Source: Polymyxa betae A26-41
Taxonomy: Eukaryota; Protista; Endomyxa: Phytomyxea
DNA length: 64,000 bases
Direction: 5' to 3'
NCBI GenBank assembly: GCA_003693705.1
Contig: RBZT01000415.1
Span: 124,001-188,000, forward strand
Positions 13,245 through 26,100 of this stretch are shown here, piece by piece. Positions within the stretch are counted from its first letter, which is position 1, and each line of letters opens with the position of its first letter. The notes below the pieces were generated by a model. The model worked only from the letters and a program-made list of their open reading frames with translations. It had not been told where the DNA came from and searched no databases. The position numbers and the translations under genes are program-made.

Positions 13245-13473
13245 GCGTGTTCAGATGACATTGGTATCTGGAGTATTCAGATGACGAGTAGTCAGATGAC
13301 ATTGGTATCTGGAGGGCGACATTGGCATCTGGAGTATTCAGATGACATTGGCATCTNNNNNNNNNNNNNNNNNNNNNNNNNNNNNNNNNNNNNNNNNNNN
13401 NNNNNNNNNNNNNNNNNNNNNNNNNNNNNNNNNNNNNNNNNNNNNCTGGCGTATTCAGATGACATTGGTATCT
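13245..13473. repeat. About 26-bp minisatellite (gagtattcagatgacattggtatctg) spanning an assembly gap
   Basis: At least 6 full or partial units flank the N run at 13356-13445 on both sides; no unique spacers. Confidence 0.9.
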
Positions 13474-13670
13474 AATATGGGCTGATTGATACTGGAACTT
13501 GTATATGGGCTGATGGTGGCCCCAAGCGCTATATGAGAATTAGTTTCCCATACAAACGGGATGTGTGGTCAGGATGGATTGCGGATATAAAGGCCCTCGG
13601 TTTTCAAGTGTTTAAATTGAATTCTTTTCTGTTTCGAAGCTGATTGCCAGCGATTCCATGCTTGGTGTTA

Positions 13671-15266
13671 ATGGGTAATCTGCAGTCGAAACGAACCGAA
13701 AGCCCAGGAGAGCTCCCACCGCTTGACAGCGTAGAGAACATCAGGAAGCGGCTATGGTTGCTGGCCTCTGCCAATGATCCCGTTTATCGTGCAGCTTTCG
13801 GTGAATACGTCACTCATGATGATATTCACGATTTACTCAAGTCCAATATGATCTTACCTAAGATGTCATTACCCCATCTGCATGTAATTCATGGATTACT
13901 TTTTGTTCTCCAACTGTTAAGTCGAAATACCCTTTTTTTAATATAGGTTTGTTTGAAACCGTTCTTAAGCAGACCAGCTTACCATTTCTTATTACCTTGA
14001 ATGTTGCTATTCTGAGATGATTGTTAGATATTTCGTGGCGATGTTTACGAGAGTCGGTATATGGTCGTCAGAAGACTGATTTCAGGTCGATACACCTCTG
14101 TCTGGCTAGCAGTTGATCTCAGCACCTATACAACCCGAAATAATCCATCTTGTGAATCCGTAGCCATCAAAATCAGCCGACACGAGCTACACTATTCCAA
14201 AGGTATTCGGCTTGAGATTGAGCTGAGAAGCAGAATATTACGAGCACTGGAGTCGGCCCATATACCTCGAACGCATTCCGGTGTGGTTCGGGTAATGAGC
14301 CATTTCTACCTTACTGGTGTCGGAAGCAAACATATCTGCTTGGTTATGGAACGAATGCGCTGTGATGCTCGTGCTTTATTGAATTTATGTGCATCTCACC
14401 GCCTACCTGTAGAAACAGTTCGTCTAATTGCTCGTGATGCTTTACGTGCATTGGATTTCCTGCATTTTCATTGTGAGCTTGTACATACCGATATCAAGCC
14501 TGCAAACATTCTCGTTGCTGTTGACGAAACTCTGTTATCCTCTGGAAAATATGTTGATCCACCAGATGATGACACATGTGAACTTGAAGAGCTGCGACGT
14601 CCTCCGCCTGTTGTTAAAATCGGGGATCTCGGTAATTCCAGCGAAGTGACTGCTCCCAGAGTCGTGACAGCGATTGGAACCCTTAATTATCGAGCTCCAG
14701 AAGTCCTACTTGGAATGCATTGTTCGTACAAATTCACTGTTTCAATTAGTGCCTCATTTCATTTTCCTTTTTCAAAGTTTACGGATTGTTTCATTTTAAC
14801 TCTAAACCTCTGCTTTCAGATAATACCAATTATGATGTTTGGTCCCTAGCCTGTACCATATTTGAACTGCTCACTGGAGCCAAGCTCTTCGATCCTAAAC
14901 CGGACCCTGACCGCAGCCTGAACGAGTTCGTTGACATCCCTAAATTTTCGCCAATTCATTGACAATCATAGATCCGAAGCTCTTTTAGCAGAAATCTACA
15001 AGATTATTGGAAAGCCCCCTCAAAATCTCAGGCATCTTCCACAAGCGAATCTTTACTTCTATCAGGATGGAACATTCCGTCGCGATTTGGATATGGAAAC
15101 GGATACGTGGTCTATTCAGAGGCTTCTTCGCGAAGCTCATGGATTCGGTCAGGAAGAAGCGGCAGGGATTGAGGACTTCCTTCGACCTATGCTGCTTATT
15201 GACCCATCTCAACGCATTCAATGCAGAGATGCTCTTAGACATCGGTGGCTGAAGCCTGTCATGTAA
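13671..15266 (+). CDS. Divergent SRPK-like (CMGC) Ser/Thr kinase; multi-exon
   Basis: RYMVVRRLISGRYTSVWLA, VAIK, KHICLVME, LVHTDIKPANIL, VKIGDLGN, YRAPEV, DVWSLACTIFELLTG..LFDP, FLRPMLLIDPSQR..LRHRWL; starts MGNLQS. Confidence 0.88.
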
Positions 15267-15631
15267 GTCTTCTGCTCTTTATCCATTTCGGGTGATTACT
15301 GTCGTGATTGCTGTTCCAAAACTTTGTTTAGCTATCCTTGCTATAATCGCAATGATAACCTTTCGTTGTCATAGACGTGACGAACAGCCTGTTGTAACAA
15401 CCACCGCCGGAAGATTGGATGAGGCGTTGCAGGACTTCGGGAAGGGTACTACTGAGTCCTCATAATGTTAGTATTTTATTGTTTAGAAGTATGCCCAGCA
15501 TAAAGAGTTTTTTTACGCTAACGTTGTTTGTTGCTTAAATAAATCGTGTACTATGTCTGACAGTCTGTGACATTCTGCAAGTTACGCAAATTCAAAAATT
15601 TATTTTTCTAATTTGATGAACTATATTACCT

Positions 15632-17074
15632 ATGTCTGATGACGATCTCCCTCCAGGCATCATTTTGCAGTCCTCAATCTCTCAGCAAACAGCGCCTTGT
15701 TACATACAATACGAGGGACCGTCTGTGGCCACGAACCATACCGCTATGGAAGAAACTCGTCGGAAGTTGGTTGATAAGTTTTTCGACGAAGTCGGTGCGA
15801 TATTCTCAGAACGCGAGACAGTGCAAACGACTTCTGTCATGACACAAACAGATTTATTTGGAATATCAAATTCCAGTGCCACTTTAACAGCATTAATATC
15901 AGGTCTTGAATCTCGTCTTTGTCAAATTGAGCCGCCATCGTTATCGAAAAGATCGCTGTGTCGTCTGTATGATAAACCACTTGTCAATTGCGATATCAAA
16001 ATTCATTATTTGTAGAGAACTTGACATGCTTAAAAGAACGCTCCCAGAATCGCCTGAAGTCCAAAATTATCTCTGTGAAAGACTTCGATCTTTGGCTGTC
16101 AAGGTGAACGAGGCCTTGGATGTTCAGGAAGAGCAGGGCCAGACGATTCGTCAATGGTCGCCTTCAACCAGATCATATATATATTCGCCGTCAATGACAA
16201 CATCTTGGGTGGACGTCACGTCGCTGGTCATTCGAGGATCGGATCTCGACAGGTTCGTGGCAAAGGCTGAAAAGTTCGCCGGCGTTCTTCGCCCGCCTTT
16301 TATAGAATCCAATACTGCTTATTTGAATTTTAATTCGGTGACCGCAACTCTAAAGGCGCTGTCTGAGCTTGGAATTGCATTGCTTCGGAAGAACGATCCC
16401 GAATGCTGGATTCAGATTCCTTGCTATACGATGCTTTTCATTCGTTATTTGAACTGTAAAGACAACACTTCAGGTACTCTTAAGGGGTTCGATATAATTC
16501 TACTGATGTGTGACTTCAGGTTCATATGTTCCATTGACATTTCAGGCCGGTGTGAAAAGGAGATTAACAAATGCGATTGAAGACGATCGACTCAAAAAGT
16601 TTCAAGCTTTGAACACTCAATGGCGTCAAGCTCAAAACCAGTTAAGATAAATGCCATTCTACTTATTCTCCTGCTCTCTGTCAAATGAAGCGAGTTCAAG
16701 GTACAACTCAACTCTGAAGCTTTAGACAGGAAACAGTAAACGAGCACATCGAACACATCCAAGATCTAGTGGATGTACCAAAGACAATGATATCACTGAA
16801 TCTTTAGCCCTTGAAGCTGACCACCCAACGGATGCAGCCTGATGGGAATCGGCGCGATCACCTCAAACGAGCCTGATTTCCGCCTTTTCCGATGGTAATC
16901 GAATGGCGCTGTTCCAATATATTGTTGAATCGAGGTCTCAAAGCTGCAAGCGATCATCAGCCTAACAACATGCAACTAATGGGCCATGTAGCTACCTCTC
17001 CAGACCATTCAAATCACCAAGATAAGGTATCGTTAGAGCCAGAAGAGGAGCAGCCTCCTCATCGACTGGGCTAA
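15632..17074 (+). CDS. Hypothetical multi-exon protein, possible degenerate RRM
   Basis: ORFs 15632-16015 and 15906-16580 plus downstream exons joined by GT-AG introns; TAYLNFNSVTATLKALSEL resembles RNP1 plus helix. 3' end uncertain. Confidence 0.45.
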
Positions 17075-17106
17075 CAGTCCCCGAGAGTTCACTCAGTGAC
17101 CCATAG

Positions 17107-17419
17107 CTACGTTTGCGAGCGGATTCTGTTGTCATTGTCAATATGGGACGTCCATTTTAATTCCTGGAAGGAACCTTGACGAGTGTCCAACGGCGTCTGC
17201 ACCTGCTGCTTAGCCTGACCTCGCTTTTTACATTGAGGGCCTTGACATTCGGCCTGATCAACACAATGCGGGCAGACGAAGAACACCTCGCCTTTCTCGA
17301 TCAGGTCCTTCCATTGGCGAAATTCTTCGATCGTCTGGGGCACACCTGGGCCCCTTAATTTCGCTATGCAAGCCCGGCGTGAACAGAATACCTATTTTCT
17401 GTTTATTGCTGGTTGGCAT
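17107..17419 (-). CDS. Small Cys-rich hypothetical protein
   Basis: MPTSNKQKIG joins in frame through a GT-AG intron to VPQTIEEFRQWKDLIEKGEVFFVCPHCVDQAECQGPQC; may extend further 5'. Confidence 0.3.
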
Positions 17420-17794
17420 ACGGAAGCAGTGCTCACTTTTCGGCAGTTTTCTAAAGAGCATGCAACCTGTTCAGCAACTTTATATCTGCCAGATCTTCTG
17501 GCTGCATGATCACAGAAATGACATGCACTATTCTGTCTTTTTCCAATGCCACTCTCAGCCATTAAATACTATTTTTCACGGTAGGAAAAATAATTATGAG
17601 TGGGCGCACGCTGAAGGTCGGAAAATTGTTTGGTCGAGATATTCCCAACCTGGCACGAGTCTAAGACGCCAATGTGACACGCGTCGTTGCTTTTCAAATC
17701 TTCTGTTTATCTATGCTGATTTAAATTTTAAACATATCCCGCCACAGCTGAATGCAAATGTTCATGATAATGACAAAGAGTTTAATCTGTTGAA

Positions 17795-19990
17795 TTAATT
17801 AATGACTTTATACTGATATGCTGGATTGCGATGGAATCCCATCTGGAAAGCCAGATCATCTGCTTCTTTCGGGCCGCGTGTTCCAAATTCATAAGGTATC
17901 GGAGCAATATGCTGCTGTTCTAATTGATGTAGAACGGGTGTAAATATCGACCAAGCAGCAAGTAATTCGTCGTCGCGAACGAATAAGCTGTGATCTCCAC
18001 GAATAACATCCAGTATCAGTCGCTCGTAAGCATCAGGAAGGCCTTGCAGAACTCTTTCCTTGAGACCAGTAAATTTCGAAGATTACGAATATGAACAAAA
18101 CTTACAAATCGCTTTTTGTATGTCAAATCGAGCTCGGTCGGATGCAGTTTGGACTCTTCTTGCAGTCCCGGTTCTTTGGTCATTAACTTCAGGTAAATGG
18201 CTTCATTCGGTTGAACTCGAAGGACGAGCTCGTTGGGTGCTGCTCCAGCAGAGTTATACAAATCTCCAGGGGGACGTCGGAACTGGATTCTGATTTCTGC
18301 TTTACCGCTGTCGAGTCCCTTTCCGCATCTAACCACAAATTCAGTGATACAGGGATTTTCGCATTTCGCTTCGCTACTTGAGAATGAACGGAGTCCCATC
18401 CCAGCGGCTGTTATTGACATAGAGCACTGCCATTGCGAACGTAGGGGTTATAGAATCCTTAGGAACGCCATCATCTTCCTGATACCTATAAAAGATCAGG
18501 TGGTAAAACATTAGAAACTGAGCATTTGATTTACCCTTTGACACCAGAGGAGTTAGCAGTGAATTGTCCTACGACCAGATTTTCTAGTTCGACCGGTGGA
18601 ATGCAACGTAGCACCTTGACCTGAGCCCTCCAAATCACGCATCGATATCGCTTGCAAAAAGAAAGACATACTTTTTCATCACAGATATCAGTGGAATGCA
18701 AACTGACCGGCTGCTCCATGGCAACCAGCGATAGTATTTGAATCAGGTGGTTCTGCATTAAATTTAGAAAACAATGCTCTTCAGTTTAAAAGTAACATTA
18801 CTTGCATGACATCACAAATTATACCATATTTATCGAAATACCCTCCACGACCGACAGTGCCTAGCCAAATATTCATTGAAACCAAAAATCCTCGTATCTT
18901 GAAGACAAATTTGGAGAAACATTCCCTATTGCCAAATGTAAAACAAAGTACCTATATTCTCTTTGAACGTGATGGTCACTAGTTCAATATGGCGACTGTT
19001 CCAGACCGGTTCAAAAATAGAGTTGGCGAAGCGTATCGCCGATAGATTTTGAACCATTTCTTTGCCAAGATAATGATCGATACGATAGATATGGTCTTCA
19101 CTGAAGTATTGCACCAACTCGGAATTCATTTTGGCCGCGGATGCATAATCAGATCCAAAACTATTGCAGTCAGGGTCAATGAAACACGGCTGCTACTTAG
19201 TTTACGGTTTTTCAACTACGAGGCGATTCCAACCACTCGATGACATCTACAAAGCAATTAACGCTAATGCCATGAGCTAAAAGCAAAACATACAGCAAAC
19301 TTCTTTAATCTCATCGCAGAAGGAATAAAGACATTTGGAGGTATTGCCAGATAAAACAGTCTAAAACAGGTGAGTGAAATATTGAGGATCAGCAAGCGCT
19401 CAACCGATTGGCCGGAGTAGAGTGCCCTTCAAGCTTTGCACAAAGGTCGTCGAGTTGTTTGAATGCGTCATCAGAATCATACCTGTATTGAGCTGTAGGA
19501 AATCAAGCTCTAAACTGACCCATTCTCACTTACAGGCCGCTCATGTAGAAGCATTTCTGTAGAAACGGTATCTGTTCCTCTTTGTCTCTTTTTGACGACA
19601 TCATCCGCTGGCGAAAATCTTCGTCAGAGATATGCGTCCTAGCGAAGCCGATTATATTGAAGTTCTCCGGCAGCAGCTATAAATGCTGTCAAAAATGCAG
19701 AAATATTCTGCAAAGGCGAACCTTAGCAAAGTATAACGCCTGCAAAGCAGGAAAAGTTTTCTTTTTTGCCAAATCGCCACTGGCTCCGATTACTACAACG
19801 GTCAATGCGCTCTCTGTTGGTGGACCATCTATATCTTCACGAGCAAGGTTAACAAATGACCAGCAGGAACGATACTCCCCAAACCATGATAGGATTCTTT
19901 TACATTATGACAGGGTCTCGATTGCAGCAATCGCTTCAGCTGATCGTTCTCTTTTTGCAGACGCTGGATCTCTATCTGGTAATCGGTCAT
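17795..19990 (-). CDS. G6PD: Glucose-6-phosphate 1-dehydrogenase; multi-exon
   Basis: [97 protein letters not shown]. Confidence 0.98.
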
Positions 19991-20185
19991 GGTCTAGATT
20001 GAATGAATTTGAAGGATATGAGAGGTCGAATGACTATGAGAGAACCCACTATCCGTTCATCTGTCAATGCCGTTATCGCCTGTCGCATTTAACCCGAACT
20101 TTCTCGAACATGATACAGTAGGTACCCTCTACTGAGCAGACATTGACAGACATCAAAGACTTGCATTTTCCAGAAAAATTTCTGT

Positions 20186-23100
20186 CTATCTTGTATTACT
20201 GCATGCATTAATCCATTCAAAAATTCGGCAATTGGCAACTTCCATAGAGTTGTATGCTGGTAAGAGCAGGGTAAATTGATTGCGATTTCCAACCGGAAGA
20301 TGCGAATCAGGCTCGGATACATTTGCATTTTTGATCGTGAACATGAGTGAGGAATGCTCGGACAGAGCGTCGAACTCGAGATAGCTTATTAAATTGAAAA
20401 ACCTAAACAAACCATTGAGAGATTAAAAAGAATATTGAAAAAAGGATCATCGAACATTTGCAGATGATTTGTATCAAACTGCTGAAGACACTTCCAGAAA
20501 TAAAGGCATGATGGCGAAGAAGACTCGAAGTCCATATACTTCGTTCGTTCGCGAAGCATGCTTAGATTCACATGGGGAGACCCGCAGAACTAACATTTAT
20601 GATTAAGTTCAAGAATGTAAATTGATTGCAAAGCAAGTACCGTAGAGCGGAACTGCTTCCAAGTTAGCAGATCAAAAGTAATCGGTGGGATTACTGAAAT
20701 TAATCCTGTGCGGATAGCTTGAGCCTGAATGTCCCATTTGTTTCCATCGTGATCTGCAAATAATTGAGATAACCATCTTATGACGCTCCTCTAAACGTAC
20801 CTGGAATTTCGACAGGTTGGACGATTGCTTTCCAAACCAGCCTGTGCAAATCCATCGTGATTTTGCATCCATACAGAGATCCAAAACCCAAGAAACAGCC
20901 AACAAACTTATACAGAGCCAAATGATAACTCATTGTGAGCGACGGATTTGGAGCATAGCAATTCGATGCGACGTCTAACGCTATCGGTCAAACCTTGTCC
21001 AGCATGCGAACACTCATTACCTTGTACGAATAATGGACATGACAGAATTTCATTCGATATTTCAATAAACTTCGCCTTAATCGACGACAGTTTCGCTTGG
21101 CTATTAAGATATTCCCTCCAAATTGGGGAGTTCTTTGGAATTACGAAATTCTGATAAACAGGCATTACGATTATAGTTTTCCAAAGAAGAGCCTACCTCA
21201 AAGTCCACGTCGCTCAGCAAGCTGTACAACTGAAAGAATGCACTGTCTTTGAAAGTATCGTCGAACAAACCTGAAATCGAGCTATTGGTAGTTACAACAA
21301 TTTCTCGGTCAATTTCCAGGAGCGGCTGCTTCAATGAATTGATTGAGTCGGCAGCAGCTCGAATGACCTAATGATAACTGATCAATTAAACGAGGCCAAA
21401 GGTGCAGAATAAAAACGATGATTACACGAGTCTTAGAATCGTCAAAGAGATAATCTGAACACGCGATGATCTGTTCGACAAGTCGAGATTTATAGAATCC
21501 GTTGGCAAACTCCATATCTGCAGCCATTGTTAAAGCAGTGAAATCCGACGTTCGAGTCTATACTAGGGATCATTGAATTGACGAGTTGATTAAATTCTTG
21601 TAACAATCTGATTTGAACACGAATATGTTCAATCGGATGTGCACAAAGCGAGTCGTATTGAAGCTTATCTAACGACGAGATTTCAAAGTCGGACGGGTCC
21701 AGGATTAGAGGATCGATGTCTGAATTTCAGTGAAATCAAGTAGCAGAACTAAATGTAGATAATCCGAATACATTTTTTCTCGATAAGCAAAACTAAATCG
21801 GAAATTGCCTGCTTAGATAACGCCTGTGGCTGATCGTATTCCTGAAATTCAGCCAAATAGGATGAACATATCAAGGTCTTTTTGTTGAAGCATCTATAGC
21901 CCTGTAGAAAATGGGTGTGCCACCAGAGTTTAACTGCTGGGGCCTCAAAGGCTTGAACGACCCATTCTGCAATGACAACAAATTATATACATGAGTGGTA
22001 ATAGGCAAATTTCGAACCTGCATCGCCTGTATTATTCTGTAAGCTCAGGACACTGTCTGGCCCAGCGGTAGTTAAACTCATAGCATAGCTGATCTGGAGA
22101 GATGAAATAAGCTCAGCTGAGGCCACTCGAACCTGAGCCTGGAGGCTGTTAAAAACGACAGCGTTTTCTTTAGGATCCGGCTCTGAAATAACGATATCGC
22201 AATACTGCAATCCGATATCGACATTGTTATCGGCCAAGAAAGTCAGTACTCGAATCAACGTCGGAGTGATTGACTGAATTGGTAGCCTTGACAGTACGTT
22301 CACGGTCGCATTAACAACCTTTCATTTTTCTCATTAGGAAAGCCGCATGGGAAATATTTACAAACAAACCTGTGTCGGGAAAACTTTCGTGATCGCTTCT
22401 GTAGATTGAATTTTAAGACCACATGAAACCAATGTTTGGAGAAGCCATGCGAAAATATCAGAAGATGTCTCGTCTGTTTCATCTTCATTGCAGAGCTGAT
22501 ATCCAAGATACGTTAAATATTCTACCTGCATCACTGTTAATGAAAGAAGGCAGCAAACTGCATTTTCTTACCAGAAGGCGTAAAACCGTTCTCTTTTGTG
22601 ACCCTTCACAAAGCACATCTTTAGGGATTTCCTTGAGTAGGATGCGTGCCAGATACGACCTTCCCTGAGGCGAGAACGATGACGCTCTAATTAATCTGAA
22701 AAAACTGCTGCCATCTTCGAAATAATCCCTTAATATTAAAGAATCGCATTCGATGTGCTGACAGAGAACCAAAAGGCAAATTTGGGAGTAATAGTTTACG
22801 AGCGAGTATAATCCTATAGCTTGCTCAGAAGCAATAGGATGGTCCTCTAGGGAGGCTTGCGGGTTGAGCTTTTGATCTGGTGTAGCTGCGCATGCAAATT
22901 GATCGCCGAGGCGTAAAAACACGCCACGCTTCACCTCGCAGTGAAATTCTGAGAGGATAGAAATGGCCTTTTGAGCATCGTTGGCAGATTGCTTCAACGC
23001 TTCTGAAACAACGTCTTCCGAATAACCAATTTGCGAAAGACGGATAACCTCGTTATTGAACGTAAACTGCTCATCTTCAGCATGGAGACGGTCTTGATTG

Positions 23101-26100
23101 TGAACGATCCACTCACAAGCCTTGAATCGATTGATTCCATATATGGATACGGCTTTGAGGCACCAGTGCACAGGGAAGCCCATCATAACCAAAGGTGATG
23201 CTAGATCCGCTACCGAGCGTTTATCGTGTAGACAGCGTTCAGAAATGGCGCCGTGATTTCGAATTCCATAGTCATCCAAGCAAGAATAGTGAATTGAGAT
23301 AGCAGAAATTTGGACATAAGGGCGGCTCTCATGACGCCTCACCTCATCCAATATGTAGAATTCGTTATTGATTACCAAAGATGAGAGATCATTTGGCTCA
23401 GAATCGATAGTAAAGACAGGTTCTCCATCAAAACAAACTATTATATTTTGTTCTTTTTCAAGGTTGACCTGAATTGCAAGGCGATACCACTGGTTTGTCT
23501 GTATAACAGCCCTGCTATTAACGTGTCCTACGGCAAGATGGCCTGAAGGAAGGATTACGATACAGAGATCACCGGGTGCGTCCGTTGAAAATAACCGAAT
23601 GGGAACATTGAGCTCCAGAATGCAAACGTCCATAAATATGGTGTAATTGGGAAGAGGAATCATTGGACCGTCCAAAGTTCCCTTCTCGACTCTTCGGGGC
23701 ACTTGCAGAAACTCCCCATAACGTAGCTCAAGGAATTCTCTATCCTAAGTGGAAAAAAATGAGGTCGATTATTAGAAGGCTTCAAGCAGCTGATACCTGA
23801 AACCTGGAGAATCTGGATGCTCTACCTAAACCACTGACAACAACTTCTGAAATACTCCGGTCGACTACAGCATAGATCCTGACGCAATCTCTGGAGGCGG
23901 CAACCTCTCTGTATTCGGATTCAACAAACGTAAGGCCGGTTATATACAGATTTTCAAGCTGGCTGGCGGCCAATGCATAGTCCCAGCATGCGATATCCCG
24001 AATGGAATATCCGTCCTTGAGTACGCAAACCTGGGAAAGTTCCAAGTCTTTAATATTGGAATCCAAGCCAACCTATATGAAATCTTAACCTAAAGGATAA
24101 ACAATAACCTGGACAATATTACATGGAAAAATTTCTTTGCATTAACAAAAACCGATAGCTGATCATCTTCAAAAACGATACAGATTAAGTGCCATTCAGA
24201 AGTGTCCAAGCCAATTTCGTGGCAGACAACTCGGGATCTGGCAGGCAAATCTGTTTTCATTTTGATAAGAAATGCGTTTCTGTTCGTTGTGTGTTCCAAG
24301 ACAGTCATAACCCACTCAGAAGGGCCCTGACCATAAATACGTACTACTTCAGTGGAAATCGGCAACAATAAACTTGGGTAAATGCGGAAAGCAACCGTGA
24401 ATTTTGTCTGTTTGGTACAGATTGATGACCATGAAATAGGAAAATGCAATCCAAGCGAAGAGCAGGAACTGGAGCTTTCCAAAATGGTACTGCTTCCTAT
24501 GATCTCGTTGCCACCATCAACGATTGCATCTGAAGCGGTATTCACGAGAAACAAAGTCCTTGGGAAAGGCGGAAGTTGATTAGATCCTGTTGTATCACAA
24601 CCAAACGCCATTGGACAAGTCGGGCAGATTCGCTTTCTTGTAGACGAAAAGATAAAATTGCATTTCTGGCCACAAACAACGCTGTGAAAAATGACACCAC
24701 CGGATGTCTCAACCTTTTTCGGCACGGTTGATAAGATATTATCTTGATGACCCAGGTGAGGACCGGCACTTCCCCATGTCCACAGTTCTCCTGCTGCGGT
24801 GATTGCTGCAGAGTGATCTTGGCCGCCATCTATAGAAACAATTCGTTCGCGTTCAAAATCATGAACAATGCGGCTGGGTAGGAATTCGTGCTGGGAGCTC
24901 TTTCCATTGCCCAGTGAGCCTAAATTAAGTTAAAATTCAAAATAAAAAAAACACTTAGAAATAATCTCTTTCACCGTATGTACCTGAATTGTTGCCTCCC
25001 CAGCAATAAACTTGGCCACGTTTCGACAGAGCAAGCGAATGATCCCAACCGCATGCGATTTGAACGACAGTCTCATTGCAAAGCGATTGGACGAGTTTAG
25101 GAAACAACAGCGCATCATTAGTACCATGGCCACAGACTATTCTGTAAATAAGTAACAGACGTGTACGAAATATTTACGAATATACCTGGCCGGCGCCCCT
25201 CATAGCCCGCTCCCCAACTGTAAACACGCCCTTCGTTAGTGAGCGCTAAGGTATGGTCCCAGCCACCAACGATCTGAACGAAGCGGGAAGCCTCTTTGGG
25301 GACGGCTACCAGAGTCGGAAATTTCTGCAGAACAGTTTTCTTTCCAATGCCTAGTTGGCCAGCCTAAATAATATTTTTAATATCTTCAGTCCATCAGTTT
25401 TCCAGGCTCACATGATTTTTTCCCCAGGCAAAAGTTTCACCCGATGACGATATCGCAAAGGAATGATATCCTCCAGCACCGATGACTTCTATTTTAACGG
25501 ATCCTAATCCATTCGCCTCGACCACAATAGGTGAATGACGGTCTGAAATGGTCCCATCGGCGAGTTGTCCATTCGAACCTTAACAAAAGTGCATCAGCCA
25601 CAACAGCAGAAGAGGAGACGCAGACAACCTTGACCCCAAGACCAGATCCTGCCATTATCTTGTAGAGCCAACGAAAAAGCATTGCCAGCCGCAACTTGTA
25701 CGAAATGTTTCGCTTCAAATGCAGCAATCTGTTTGGGGTTAAGCTGAGGAGTAGAATCGCCATGTCCTCTAAACATAGTGAGGTAACAGTCAAATAGGCT
25801 AGACTGACTTACAATCTTCCATGGTCGCCATTGCCAAAACTGAAAACCTCCCCTTGGTGCGTAAGCACCAAGCAATGAGCTCCGAAAGAACTCACTTGTC
25901 GCACAGTTCGGTGTGACAAAAAGGCGACTTTTCTGGGTAGAGGGACAGACAACGTCGATCCTTGTCCTCTGAATTGGAATGAACAATTCACAATTGAAAT
26001 CTTTCACAATGCTCACTTACAGTCTGCCTCCATCCCCTTTCCCGAAGGAGAATAAACGATGTTCTTCAATCGCAGCATTTGGATTACGAGAAATGGAAAA

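Noticed and set aside
13245-13473. CRISPR-like array of palindromic repeats
   Set aside because: Units abut directly with no unique spacers, there are no cas genes, and the context is eukaryotic; it is a minisatellite.
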